Below, piece after piece: positions 1 through 14,229 of a stretch of DNA of 64,000 bases (position 1 is the stretch's first letter; each line of letters starts with the position of its first letter). Source of the DNA: Octopus sinensis (lineage: Eukaryota). A program made the position numbers and the translations under genes. The notes under the pieces were generated by a model. That model did no database searches. It saw only the letters and a list, made by a program, of their open reading frames with translations, and was not told the origin of the DNA. The stretch spans positions 32,302,001-32,366,000 of the forward strand of contig NC_043015.1 in assembly GCF_006345805.1 (NCBI RefSeq), in the 5' to 3' direction.

Positions 1-180
1 TGGTAGTCGAAGTTTCAGTATTCTACTTAACGGCGGTAGTGGAGAGCACGGGCCTTCTTAGGTCGTATAGCTCGAAAAAGTTAGGCTACTCCGAGCGAAG
101 GTCTCTCGTACGGCAATTACTCCACTGTGCAGCTGGGTGGATGTGGTTGTTATCCAAATACTGTTACAAAGATTAAGTAA

Positions 181-321
181 AAATGGACACCAAACGACAA
201 TAGAATTGTAATGGAATGCTGTTACAGAAACGAGCGTACCAAAATTGGGTACCGGCAAAGAAAGCATAAAATTTGAACAGAGAAAGACTTGTTCCCCAAC
301 ACGGAACAAAGACTATCAGAC
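181..321 (+). pseudogene. Decayed N-terminal fragment of an R4/Dong-clade (RLE) non-LTR retrotransposon ORF
   Basis: Frame from 181 reads KWTPNDNRIVMECCYRNERTKIGYRQRKHKI*TEKDLFPNTEQRLSD. This resembles the W..E.N..VMECY.......GYR.RM..IW......TEQRL.DQ N-terminal motif I recall for R4/Dong ORFs, with a TGA where W is expected. An (AAT)n tract follows at ~472-545. Confidence 0.7.
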
Positions 322-471
322 AAAAAAGAAAAAAAGAAAAAGTTCACCTGCAGAAAAGTACCATAATATACTCTGTAAGAATCGTAAGAAATATTCTTGT
401 GATTTGAGGAAACTTGTTTTCATCATACCTCAAGATAAAATACGTGCTAATTAAATTAGCATGCACTAGCA

Positions 472-473
472 TG

Positions 474-521
<48 letters not shown>

Positions 522-545
522 TAATAATAATAATAATAATAATAA
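472..545. repeat. (AAT)n microsatellite
   Basis: Near-perfect ATA/AAT run, seen directly. Confidence 0.95.
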
Positions 546-995
546 CGATATGGGAAAGTGGGCGCGTGTGTGTGTTTAGATTTAATATACATATAATTGA
601 ATAATTCGAACGATTTGAAAAGTTTTGATTAAACAGTACTTCAATTTGAAAAGAGTGTATTCATTGGTGACGAATATTTTTTAAGATTTGAGGTAAAAAA
701 ATGCTGTTGCATAGTAAAAGTCGAGCAATTTTCGAATATCTATAAATTTGTTTTATTATTCTTTTTAAGAAGATTAATTTAATCATAAAATATGAGAAAA
801 AAAAATATTGTGTTGAAAAAGATATTTTTTTAGTGAATGATGTCGATGAAACTTGTATTATAATAAATATTTTAAAATTTAAATTGAAATAACTGCATAA
901 GCTGAATATGTGAGAAGTTATATCAACACTGCTAGGTTATATCCAGACGATTTCATATATAAAAAGAAAAAAACATCGAATTTATATTTAAGTTA

Positions 996-1433
996 CGAGG
1001 TCTGATCAATAAGTACGAAGACTGTTGCCATAGTAACGAAGCTAAAACACGCAGAGTAAAGCCACTTGGCACAGATTGACTTTAAACACCGCTGTGCATG
1101 CGCACTAAGTTTTAATGTTCTAGCTGGCTTCCACTGTTTACAGCAGTGCTTCGAAGTAACATGTGATTTCCCCTCACAACTTCACGCACATCTGCGATGT
1201 TGTTCTCAGTTCTGTTGGCTGAAGGTTTTCCAGAACGTTCGTCACTATCTTCATTTTTCGGCCATTTTGGAAACGTCTAAACCACTCATACACTTGTGTG
1301 CGGCTCATACACTCCTCTCCATACACTTTCTGCAAACTTACGTAGGTCTCTGAGCAGGTATCGCTATGACATCTTACACATGTTATTTTGAAGCACTGCT
1401 GTAAACAGCGGAAGGGAGCTAGAACAATAAAAC
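996..1433 (-). mobile_element. Non-autonomous mariner derivative with N-terminal transposase (HTH) fragment
   Basis: TA followed by the mariner-type end CGAGGTCTGATCAATAAG at 994-1013. Minus strand 1352-1172 reads ETYVSLQKVYGEECMSRTQVYEWFRRFQNGRK, then after a frameshift EDSDERSGKPSANRTENNIADVREVVR, matching the mariner HTH and RSGRP motif. A ~57-bp inverted repeat lies at ~1110-1165 / ~1377-1433. Confidence 0.85.
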
Positions 1434-1528
1434 GTTACACGGATGGTAGTCGAACCAAGAAAGAAAGGTCAGGCTTTTATATATATATATATCTGTGTGT
1501 GTGTGTGTGTGTGTGTGTGAGTGTGTGT

Positions 1529-1775
1529 GGAGGCGCGTGGCTTAGTGGTTAGGGTGTCAGCATCATGATCGTAAGATTGTGGTTTCGATTCCTGGACCGG
1601 GCGACACGTTGTCTTCTTGAGCAAAACGCTTCATTTCACGTCGCTCCAGTCCACTCAGCTGGCAAAAATGAGTAACGCTGCGATGGACTGGCGTCCCGTT
1701 CAGCTGGGGTACACATACGCTATTGAAACCGGGAAACCAGATCCATGAGCCTGGCTAGGCTTTAAAACAGCGCAT
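1529..1775 (+). mobile_element. tRNA-derived SINE, group C (full-length)
   Basis: Pol III A box TGGCTTAGTGG and B box GTTTCGATTCC, then a CORE-like block TTCTTGAGCAAAACGCTTCATTTCACG...CCACTCAGCTG. Close copy at 19879-20135. Confidence 0.85.
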
Positions 1776-2819
1776 TTATATATATATATATACATGCATA
1801 CATATTTGTTAAATGTTGTTAGATGTCATACACAATTAATTCCTAATTTACTGACAATAGAAAATAAACTTCTTGCGGAAATTGTTCGTGTTTGCCAAGG
1901 TAAAGAGACGATAGTTCTAAGAATTGAAATAACATGCTCACAGAAGGAATAGTCTTAGCTTTATCTGCGAGTTTAGGGGCAACTATAGATATGTGTTTCG
2001 GTGACTTTAGACATATCCTTCCGTCTAAACGATTAATTTGTCACATTTTTTTTACGTATGGACGAAAAACAAAACGAAACAAAGACATAAAGCTAAATAA
2101 TAATGTGTAGCTTTTGGGCTAATAACGATTTGCATAACTAAAAAAATTAGAATTCAAAAAAGCTAAAAGAATTAACTCAGTATCCACTGGGATGGCTTGG
2201 AAGAATTGAATTAAATATTGACATAATGAATGCCGGACACTGAAATTTTGTTCTGAATTGGAGCCCCCCCCCCCAAAAAAAAAGAAACAAAATGCAACCT
2301 CACCCCCGCCAAAAAGACAAAATCAACTTATATGTATAAGTTACCTTATACAGAGTGGGCCAAAATTCATGCTAAAAATAAGTTCAACACGCTCCGGAGT
2401 TATCAAAGACAGTTCAACTTTTCTAAAATGGAATAAAATAAGTAAAATAATTATGAATACACCCATACTTGTGCATGATGAACAAAATTAATAATAATGG
2501 TTTCAAAATTTTGCCACAGGTGCAGCCACAATGCACATCCATTCTGTCCTGATTGCACCATTTTTTCCCTCTTGTTCTAAATTGTTTGAGCAAATCGTTT
2601 TGGTCAAATAATTTGTTTTCTTTACGGAGATGTACTTGCATAGCAAGTGATTTGCTCTGAGATCGTGTGCTGAAACGAAAACAATTGCAGCGTGGAAGGT
2701 GTTTATAAGCCATTTAAGAAACACACAAAAGCCGTTCGATTCACTTCAACATTTAAGTTTAATTTGTCAAAATATTTTCGTCGCTAAAATCCGCGACCTG
2801 TTCACTGACAAAATTTTTC

Positions 2820-3055
2820 CCCGATCACTAGGATACCATTCGGCAACTGCATGGGTCCACTTATTCGTCTGTGTATCTTGCGACTTGTCCAGCCCAGCGG
2901 AACTTGAGCTTTCCATATCCTGCTATCACACCGTTCACTCCGCTCGAATTATTTCATTTCGAATATTCTCTCATAATGATATTCCAAGTATGGATCTCGC
3001 CATGGCCCTTTGCGTCGCAGCCAATCGATGTTCTTCAATCATCTGCCATGGAAAC
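2820..3055 (-). pseudogene. Decayed RTE-clade LINE, region C-terminal to reverse transcriptase
   Basis: Minus strand reads IEEHRLAATQRAMARSILGISL*ENIRNEIIR / GKLKFRWAGQVARYTD / NKWTHAVAEWYPSDR. This matches the RTE ORF tail pattern (QRAMERSMLGISL..HIRNE..R; KW.WAGHVAR; W...V.EWYP), with a stop and frameshifts. Confidence 0.85.
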
Positions 3056-3689
3056 TGGGAAATCGGCGTTATGGGCCCTACGACTAAAGAAATTATAAAC
3101 CCCAAAAAAACCCCAAAAGCCAACGTACCATTTCGGCTCGGTCTATCTGATGTTTTATCAATGTTTTGTTCCAATGCTATGTTGTGTGTATAAAACTTTA
3201 GCATACAGTCTATCGTCAGTTGTAAATGTCATGCTCACGTACATACAATATCTGCACGGAGACGCAATCACACGAACGCACATACATACACATACACAAT
3301 CAAATACACACACACACACACACACACGTGCACACAGGCACACACACTCACATATACGTAGATATACACACGCAAATATGCATTATTGTATATACACACG
3401 CACACATACATATAATAGATTTATGTATAGATACATACACACACAAACGCACACACACATATATATATATATATTATATATATATACACGTGTATGCCTA
3501 TATACATACACACTCACACACAGAAATACACATATATATTGTGTAGAAGAAATGATTGGAAAGAAAATCTGATATTTATGATTAAGATTTATGTTAGAAG
3601 TCATAGTTTCTCATTTGTTATTTCCAATGCCGTTGTTGTTGTTGTTACAGTTGTTGTTGTTATTGGGGGCCTTTATTCCTGTTTTTTTC

Positions 3690-3993
3690 CCCTCAAAATT
3701 GTATATATATATATACATATATGATGCAGATTGGCATTTATATATATATGTATGTGTGCTTATATATATATATATGCATGTATGTGTGTTTATATATATA
3801 TGTATATGTTTATATATATATATATGTATGTGTTTATATATATGTATGTGTATTTATATATATATATGTATGTGTTTATATGTATGTGTTATATATATAT
3901 ATATATATCTGTGTTATATATAAATATATGAAGTAGATTGGCATTTATATATATATGTATGTGTGTTTATATATATATATGCATGTATGTGTT

Positions 3994-4024
<31 letters not shown>

Positions 4025-5025
4025 GTTTATATATATATGCATGTATGTGTTTATATATAATTATGTATGTGTGTTTATATATATATATATATATATGTAT
4101 GTGTTTATATATATGAATGCGTTTGTGTGTGTGTATATATCTATATCTATATGTGTGTGTATGTGTGTGTGTGTACATATTTATAGATATACATATACAT
4201 CTACATATTCACGCACACACACATATATTCGGGGTTGTTATTATTGTGAATGTGAATGTTGTGGTTGTTGATGTTATTTTGGCGTTGTTATACTTGTTAT
4301 TGTATTTCTTGCTTTTGCTACACGTAATATTTATATTGAAGTTGTTGTTGTTGTTGCTGTTGTCGTCATTCTTGATGTTTTTATTGTTGTTTCTGTAGTT
4401 GTTATTGTTGATGATGTTGTTGCATCGGATTTTGTTTTGAAGACAATTAATGTAAATCCGACGACCATTGCTTCACTCTCACACCTCGCTCTCGTCACAT
4501 TTACTTCTGCCCCCCCCACTCCTTTCCCTTCTACTTCTTCTCCCTGTAATCTAATCTATAAGTAAGGTTGAGAGTGAGAGTCAGAGAGAGAGAGAAAGCT
4601 ACACTCACACACACACACAAATACACACACACACACATATATATATGTATTTTTATATCAGTATATATATATATAGATGTTAATATATATATATAATCTA
4701 ATATATATATATAATCTATATATAGGAGAGAGAGAGAGCGAGAGAGAGAGAGAGAGAAAAAGAAAGTGAAAAGGGAGTATATGTGTGTGGTGTGTGTGTG
4801 TATTTGTGAATGTGTTTGTGTGTATGTGTGTGTGTGAGAGAGAGAGAGGGGGAGAGAAAGAAAAAGGGAGAGGGAGATTGAGCTGAACAGTTTACGAGGC
4901 AAATCTTTATTTAGCTGCGGTTTTCCCTGAAAAAACCGATAATACCGCTAGAAAGTGTGGAACACGATATTTATGACTTGTTTCGCGCATGCGCACACAA
5001 AGCACACATATCATACACACATACG

Positions 5026-5066
<41 letters not shown>

Positions 5067-5125
5067 TATGTATATATATATATATAATATATATATATGT
5101 ATGCATATGTATCTATATATATGTG

Positions 5126-5187
<62 letters not shown>

Positions 5188-5490
5188 ATGTATATATATG
5201 TATGTGCGTATGTTTATACATTACACCCACACACTCACACATCCACAGTGATATATATATGTACATATATATATATATATATATAATATTACATATATAT
5301 ATATATATATCGTATATATATGTACATATATACATATACATATATATAGTATATATATACGTATATATATACGAACATAGATATGTGTATATGTATGTTT
5401 ATATATATATTATATATATATAGTATATATATTATTGTATACATACAGGTATCTTGATGCAAACACATATATGCATACATTCCTACATAC
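3690..5490. repeat. Compound (TA)n/(TG)n/(GA)n/(TTG)n low-complexity block
   Basis: Seen directly; it accounts for the IYIY/VCVC ORFs. Confidence 0.9.
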
Positions 5491-5844
5491 ACATCTGTGT
5501 ACGAACGAGTTGTTTTTGTGCGTGTATATGTATTTATATATATTTATATGTGTATCTGCACGAAATTAGAAAAAAAAATAATTTTATAATGGGAATTTAT
5601 TGTAGTTTGGTAAAATCATCCCGCTTAAAAATTTAAGCATAAACATTGTTATTTCTAATGAGTTGTATAATGTGACAGAAATGTCAAATCTTCGGGCCAA
5701 ATGTCAATACCTTTCGGCATTATTACTCTAGTTTGAAATCAAGACAGTGTCAGTTTGGGCTTTCGCCATTCCAGGGTAGATAAAATGAACGCCGTTATTC
5801 AGTTATATTTTCGTGCACCGCTTTTATCTCTTGTAACATGAACT

Positions 5845-6766
5845 TGTTTCAGTCATTGGAATGCGATCATGGTGGGGCGCTGCCTTGAAGGGTTTTCAGC
5901 CAAACAAATCGACTTCCGGTAATTATTTCTTTTGAAGCCTGGTACTTATTCTATCGGTTATTCTTGCCGAGCCGCTTGGTGACGAGGATGTAAACAGACC
6001 GACACCTGCTGTCGAGCGTGATGGGAGACCAAACACACACACACAATACATACATACATACATACATACACACACATACATACATACATACATACATACA
6101 TACATACATACATACATGCATACCTACATACATACATACATACATACATACATACATACATACATACATGCATACCTACATACATACATACATACATACA
6201 TACACACACACATACATACATATATATATACATACATACATACATACATACACACACACATACATACATACATACATACATACATACATACACAATACAT
6301 ACATACACACACACACATACATACATACATACAACACACACATACATACATACATACATACATAGATATACATACATAAATGCTACTACATACATACATA
6401 CATACATACATACATACACACATACATACATACATACATACATACCACACACACATACATACATACATACTACATACATACATACATACATACAACATAC
6501 CACACACACACACACATACATACATACATACATACATACATACATACATACATACATACGTACATACAAAGTCGCCATGATAGATCGTTAGCCACTGCTC
6601 ACATTTTTTTCTCTCCTTGTTTTTCTGTGTCCCTTTCTGTAGAAGAGCGTAGGCTCGAAACGTTAAAGACTTTTTCTATTCCTGAGCGTTATACTAATAC
6701 ATGTTTGTTCTGTACACCACCTGTCTTCGTCTTTTGTTTTTTTCCGTAAACTCTCCCCATACAAAA

Positions 6767-6806
<40 letters not shown>

Positions 6807-7060
6807 TTATATATTATAGTTATAATATATATATATATATATAGTAATATAAATATATAGTATATATATATATATATATGTATAATATTTGCGTACGCAC
6901 ACACCACAAACTTTTTCAGTTTCTGTCTACCAAATCCACTCGCAAGGTTTTGGTTGGACAGGATTATAGTAGAAGGCACCTGTCCGATGTGCAGGGTGTG
7001 GGATTGAAACCAAAACCATGAGGTTGGGAAGCAAACCTCTTGCCAACAGTCACGCATGCG
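5845..7060 (-). mobile_element. tRNA-derived SINE group B (bipartite, central microsatellite), split by expanded (CATA)n and an inserted short element
   Basis: 3' half at ~5845-6040 and 5' half at ~6890-7060 match the intact copy at 32729-33123. (CATA)n occupies ~6045-6570 and a foreign segment ~6575-6760. Confidence 0.75.
6575..6760 (+). mobile_element. Short microsatellite-embedded element with a degenerate hammerhead-like motif (Penelope-related, inferred)
   Basis: TTT-CTGTAGA-A-GAGC-GTAG-GCTC-GAAAC-GTT-AAAG at 6634-6668, flanked by (CATA)n and (TA)n. Confidence 0.5.
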
Positions 7061-10000
7061 CAGTTTCCACTTGCAACAAGGTACGAAACGTCTTCATTTT
7101 TTCACTTACAACAAGGTACGAAACATCATGAACATATTTCCTCCATCTGCCTCTTCGTTGTTATAGTAAGTTTTACTAATGCTTGACTCTTTTACGATCT
7201 GGTCTTTATATCCTATCTACTGTTGAAGTGTCTTTGGGTTCTCTTGCTAGGCAACAAATGAGGCGATTTGGCAGTGGCATTAAGGATGGAAATATTTCTT
7301 CGTATTATTTGTATAAACTCTTTACAATCTCACGCCGGTATCTACGTTACATTTTATTCTTTTCCAGTCAAATAAAAAAAAGGAGCGATCCAGATCCGTG
7401 GATTGGCGGAACTGTAAGAACGACGGATAGTCTTCCTTGCAGTACTTCTTCCAGTTACCTGCTTTTTGCGATCGAATCCCGTTTGAGCGGTAGACTTAAT
7501 CCGTCAGCCATTTTAAGGCCACATCCTGGCACTTTAGTTGTCTTTAGAGGAGTTCACCTCAATGCATGCTCTCAGGTCAACCCCCCGGTTTAAGGATAAT
7601 GTTTTCTGTTTCTGATCTGGTGTTTAAATAGTTGTGTTTGACGTATAAGTTTTTAAGGTTACACTTTTCTTTACTGTATACAGATCAAATATTTTGCTTC
7701 CATTTGCTTCCATAATGCAATTCTCCGAAGTTTTCTTAAATTGTCTTCATTTTTCTATTTGACTAAATGAAAATGTATAGTTATAGAATCAATGTCCAAA
7801 TTTTCCTTCTGTCATGCCTGCGTAGTGTTTACACATTACTCTCTGATGGGTTTTACAAAAAGTGATCCCTATCTCATAAAATGAGGACTACCTGTTGCAA
7901 GATTTGTTTAGTAGGGCATAGATTTCTGCTTGCGCAAGAGCATGTGACATCTGTATTGCTGGCCGTGTGATTTACATACACACCGCACACACGCGCTAAC
8001 ACACACACACACACACATGCACACACATGTACACAATTTTTTTTTCGAAAACTTCAGCAGTATACACCTTCATAGCTCATCTGAGTAAGATATTTTATCA
8101 CTAGCAGCGCACAAGGATTCAATAAGTATTCGGTCATATGACGTTATATCTATGTGAACTAAACAAACGTGAAGAGTTGATCTGAAATATACTACCACAG
8201 AAAGAAATTGTGTTATAGCTTTAGTTAAGCTGGGCACCAAAAATTTAACGGAGACCCAGAATGTGTTAGCGAAAAATTTATTTAGTTGAACATGTGAAGG
8301 CGACAACCGCTTGTTAACTTCTGCTTCGTAGAAGCCCACTTAACCGGAAGTCAATTTCCCCGCAGACCAGCTCCAGATTCAACCCTGCCTCAGATCAACT
8401 CCCTAGCAAGCCCGCAGCGAAGTTCTGTCTTCAGTTCGTTTGACATAAATCCTTGGACAGTGCCGTACAATGTAATATTTACCATATTTTACCAAGTGGT
8501 CGTCAAAATACTAACATAACATCTCGCCAGTCAGTGTTGAGATAAAGACATTTACTAGTTTAGCCCATACGATATACATAAACAGGTTGTTGACATTACA
8601 AGAGATTAACCAGGAACGGACAAAGGAACGAAACGGTCACTTAATTTTTCAATGAGAAATAATGGCAGAGAAAACATAACTACGACGCGATTTACTAAGG
8701 AAATATACAGAACAGACATACAGACATACAGACATACAGACATACAGACATACATACACACATACACTATGTGCACCGATACATACATACATACATATAT
8801 GTATACATACATACATATATGTATACATACATATATACATATATACATATATGTCTTAAATATATATGCATGTATTATATATATATATAATGATATATAA
8901 TGTATATATATATATATATATATATACATACATATATATTTAATATATATATATATATATATAATATATGCACGCAATATATAATTAAATATATATGTAT
9001 GTATAATATATATCTATATATATATACATATATATATATGCCTACACACGCATTCATATATATATACATATATGTGCATGTCTGTGTATGTGTGCATGTA
9101 TACATATGCATCTATACTTTTATATATATAACTATATATATATATATATATATATGTAATGGTATGTATGTCTCATGTATTAGTGAGTAGAAACACACAT
9201 ACATACATATATGTATAAGTGAGTGTATGTGCTTGCATGTCTGTATATGTGAGAAGATATATATATATATATCTATGCCATCATAGATTATGTTGTTCTA
9301 TTAATACCCCATTGCGAGATCATGTTAAATGATCTGAATCGAGATTGAAACCGAGATACTTATCAACCTAAGAAACATCAGTGATTTATTTCTATATCAG
9401 TTTTGTGTTTGTAGTTAAGTGTTTTTATGAACGAACGAAATATATATAAAAAAAATATAGGAAAATAAGTAGTTTTATTTGCCACCTCTGTAATCTGTTG
9501 GTGTAAAAGATCGCATTGATTTCATCATAAAATTCTCTCTCTCTCTGCAGATATACTTTTAATCATAATAAAAGACCCTAAAAGCTTTTGTCGTGAATGA
9601 GATATCTGCGAGATATCTCCTGGATATCGACTGATACGTGTTTGTGTGTGTGAGTGTGTTTGCTTGAGCGTCTGTGTGTGTGTGTGGTGTGTGTGTGCTG
9701 CTATATATATGTGCATATGTATATGCATATGCATATGTATATGCATATGTATATATATAATATATATATATCTATATAAAATATAAATATATATACATAT
9801 GCATACACATATATATTATGTATGTATACATTTTTGTACGCGTATATATGTATATGCATATATATATATATGTATATAGTATATATATGCATATATATAG
9901 ATCTATATAATATATATATAATATATATAATATATATATATATCTCGATCTATATATATATATTTACATATATAATTTATATATGTATACATGTTTGTTA

Positions 10001-10429
10001 TGCGTATATAGTATATGTATATATATAGTATGTGCATATATATATATATATATGTATATGTGTATATATATGTATATATATTCTCTATGGGGTAATAATA
10101 TAGTAATGTAAAGTGAATGAATTGGAACTATTATTTTGGCTGTGTGTTTATTTATTATCTTTATCGTACATCACACAAAAACTTCTCTTTCTGAGGAATT
10201 ACAGTGGACAAAGGGGATGGGGGTTGGGTGTGGACGACATATACACCCCCCCTTCACCTTCCGCCCACACACACACGCAGAGTTGTTCAATCGGTTCAGG
10301 AGACAACCTACAGGGCAAAGAGTTATCGGTTTGTGTTCTATTCCCGGCGAGGTGCCGCAACCCATGACTAAGATAATTATCTAAATTAAAGGTTTAAGCT
10401 ACGCGATGCAACGGCACAAAAGAACAACA

Positions 10430-10822
10430 ACAATAATGATAATAATAATAATCTAATAATAATAATAATAATAATAATAATACAATAATAATAATATATT
10501 AATAATAATAATATAATAATAATAATAAAAATAATAATAATCACAACAATAATAATAATAATAATAATAATAATGAAATAGTAATAATAATAATAATATT
10601 ACATAATAATAATAAATAATAATAATAATAACAATAATAAATAATAACAATATAACATAATAATAAATATAATAATAATAATAATAAGACTAATAATGAT
10701 AATAATAATAATAATAACAATAATAATAATAACAATAATAACAATAATAATAATATTAATAATAATAATATAATGATAATATAATGATAATAAATAATAA
10801 TAATAATAACAATAAAATAATA

Positions 10823-10860
<38 letters not shown>

Positions 10861-10935
10861 TAATAATAATACAATAACAAACAAACAAAACCAACAACAA
10901 CAGTAGCAGCAGCAACAACGATGACAACAACAACT
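10430..10935. repeat. Degenerate (AAT)n/(AAC)n tract
   Basis: Seen directly. Confidence 0.95.
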
Positions 10936-12429
10936 AAAGCTATTTTTTATTAATCACTAACTGGTTCACAAGAACAGCGGGAATATAGGAAAGGGCAATA
11001 TAATGCGGGGTTACAAAAAGAAGCGGGGAAAACGGTGATAAACAGTAAATATAAATTTCAGTAATGAATGATTACTCAAAGGAAGGTGACTTCCTAGCGT
11101 TGCTCGTGAAAACCCCACAAAACCACTCTCGTCCTAAACCACTTGGGCAGGTGCCCTCCTTTCATTTTCTCCCTTTAATCTACTTGCGAATGCTTCGAGT
11201 AGTCCCATTCAATGGCACCGTCCTTGTCGCATTCATCCACTTCCAACAAAATGGCCGCGAAGCAGCACCTTTCTCTGCAGCTTTCATTTCCCTTTTCAAG
11301 TGAAAGCTGAAAAAGTTGAGATGGGGATTTGGTCAAAGTGGGAAGTGTCTGTCTTCAGCTGTTTCTATCTGGTCCACCACACAACGTCTTTCACTAAGAG
11401 CATCAGACAGGTAAAAAAAAAAAAAAACTGCCTGCTTTTCCCGGCCAAAGGAAGTTAGCGGGAGATTTTCACAATGGATTCATCCGAATCTGTCTAACAC
11501 GTGACAGCTGGTGTTCGACATAAATCCATATGTTAGTAATGCTCAGGTGCTGGATGTGTACGTGCAGAATAATATCGTCGATCGGTGCATCTCGGTCGGG
11601 CCGGAATTGATGGCATTTCTACGCCTATAGATTTTATCTCGAAGTGGCAATACCCCACCCTCCGGTAGTACTGCCAGGCCCCCAAAATTCCTAGAAATTA
11701 ACCATGGGCCCCGGCCTGAAGCTCATCCAGAATAGACTAGCCAGTTTTTCTTCTCGTCAACGCCTGGGGTCTCCCCGAGAACGTCGTCACAATTGCCCGT
11801 CACTAAACCTCTAGAAAACGTTAAAGTGGAACTTCCGCTGACTGCGTCATAAAGTGAGAAATATTAGGAGCTAGCTACGTCCAATGAATTGGTGATGTTG
11901 GATGGCTGTGGACTCTGCTGAGTTCAAATGTCCTTTGAAGGGTTTTGTTTTCCGCGGTTGGTCACGCAATCCAGCCAAAAATTTTAATGACGGATACATC
12001 TGATAGGACCCTATAGAAGAAGTACCTGAAGACTCTAATCCTCCAGGACCCTCCCAGGAATAATAGGCAGAGAAAATAGATGGATGGGATAGGGTTGTAT
12101 GGTGGAGGAGTTTGAGAGCCCTACCCACACGACCCTCCGAAGAACCGTGAACGGAGAAAATTGAGGGTTGAGTAAATGGTAATGCAAGATGTCCATGCAT
12201 CGCTGAAAAGCATCAGGAAAGTGAACTGTGTTAAGGAAATGAACTGAGGTGAAGCGAGAATCGAAACCGGATTGCTGGCTGTACTTTAACGATAATGTAC
12301 TTTTGTTCGATTCTGCAGGTGACAGTGAAAATTAAGATACATTACCCTCGCCCCCCCCCGTCAGACACATTAAAGAAATGTATTATTTATAAATCTTATA
12401 GGTTCGGCATTAATTAGAGTGTTCCGTTA

Positions 12430-12597
12430 TGTTTAATCATCAACACCACTACATCCTTTGCTGTCACACCTTCTCACTACTCATCCACCCCCGCCTCTAC
12501 TCTCACTACTGCGACAACGGCAACAATGATCACCACCACCACCACCACCACTAGCACTACCACCACCGCCACCACAGTAACAACAACAACAACAACA

Positions 12598-12633
<36 letters not shown>

Positions 12634-13035
12634 GGTGCTGCTGTCACATTACTTACTACTGCCACCACAACTGACAACCACTGCCATTACAATCACCATT
12701 AATCATTACTACTACCAGGACTGTCAACATGACACCAACCTCTACAGTAACCTCAATACCCTCTCTACAGCTACCACTGTCGATACAATTACCTCTACAA
12801 TTAGTAGAACTTGATTCTATACTACCACCACTACGTCTACCACGACAATCATCACCGCAGCCCCAAACGGCTCCACCACTTCCACCGCTGCCACCGCAGC
12901 TACCATGACGACGACGACGACCACCACCACCACCACCAGCCACAACTATAACCATCGCTACATCCACCACCAGCACTAGCACAACCACCACAACAGTTAC
13001 TACCACTAAGGCTGCAGCTATCTTAACCACAACCT
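12430..13035. repeat. Degenerate (ACC/ACT/ACA)n trinucleotide low-complexity region
   Basis: Thr-rich reading changes frame several times and contains stops, so it is not a continuous mucin-like ORF. Confidence 0.8.
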
Positions 13036-13157
13036 AAACCGTCTGAAGTCGAGGCTGAAATGTGTAAGTTTGTTTCTCCAACCTAAAAACACAATCATAT
13101 AGTAACACACACACACACATAATACATACATACATAATATATATATGTGTTTGTGTG

Positions 13158-13188
<31 letters not shown>

Positions 13189-14229
13189 CGATATATACAC
13201 ATACATATATATACATGCACATATATATATATATATATATATATATGCACGTATAATTATTTATATATGCATGTATATATACATGTAGATGTAGGTACTA
13301 CATATAGTTTGTATGTATGCATATATTTTTATTTATCACATATATATATATAATATATATATATATACACGCGCACACATACATACATACATAATATATG
13401 TATATATATATGTAATATATATTATATATATATATATGTATAATAATATATATATATATTATATAATATATAATATATATATATATATATATATTATATT
13501 ATATATATATGTTATATATATATAATATATTATATACACATATCTGCATACACATACACACATGTACATAAACGCACTTAGAAAACGTACACTAAAAACA
13601 CAAACACACAAAAGAAACAGAATGTAGATATAGAAAGACAAGACTTCCACCCACCCCCACCCACACCCATATACATAAAAATATTGATAAAGACAGTCAT
13701 TAACTCAGGGCATCAACAAAACACACATACATACTTAGACATACACACACACACGCTCGGAAACACACATACACACACACACACACACGTATACACATGT
13801 AGGTACAGATAAAGACAGAGATATAAGACAAGCAGGACAAGAATTAAACAGAAACCAAAATAAAATAAAGGTAAGAAGAAGAAAAACAAAAGCAAAAGAG
13901 TGTGTGTGTGTGTGGGGGGAGGGGGTAGAAGTGGGAAGGAAGAAAGAGAAAGGAAAAAGGTAGAAGACGAAGAAGAACAAGGAGACCGAATGAAGAACAA
14001 TAAAAACCTATACAAGAGACATTGGAATTTGTTTCTTGGTGACATCTCGTAGTTTATTAATGAGAGAGATAATTAGAAATGAAACAGACAGTAGGAAGTG
14101 TAAACAAAATATCCATTTAGTTGAAATACCAGCAGCGACAACGATGATGACGATGATGATGATGCTGATGCTGACGCTGAAAGTGATGATAATGATAATG
14201 ATGATGATGATGATTTATTAATAACAGTA

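Noticed and set aside
3150-6580. Numerous ORFs rich in IY, VC, HT or MYVC
   Set aside because: Translations of (TA)n, (TG)n and (CATA)n. The same applies to most ORFs in the track.
7183-7593. 136-aa ORF
   Set aside because: No recognisable domain in either strand; possibly a retroelement UTR, but it could not be assigned.
12430-13035. Mucin-like Thr-rich coding region with a GTAAGT donor at ~13063
   Set aside because: The Thr frame shifts several times and contains stops; it is a degenerate triplet repeat.
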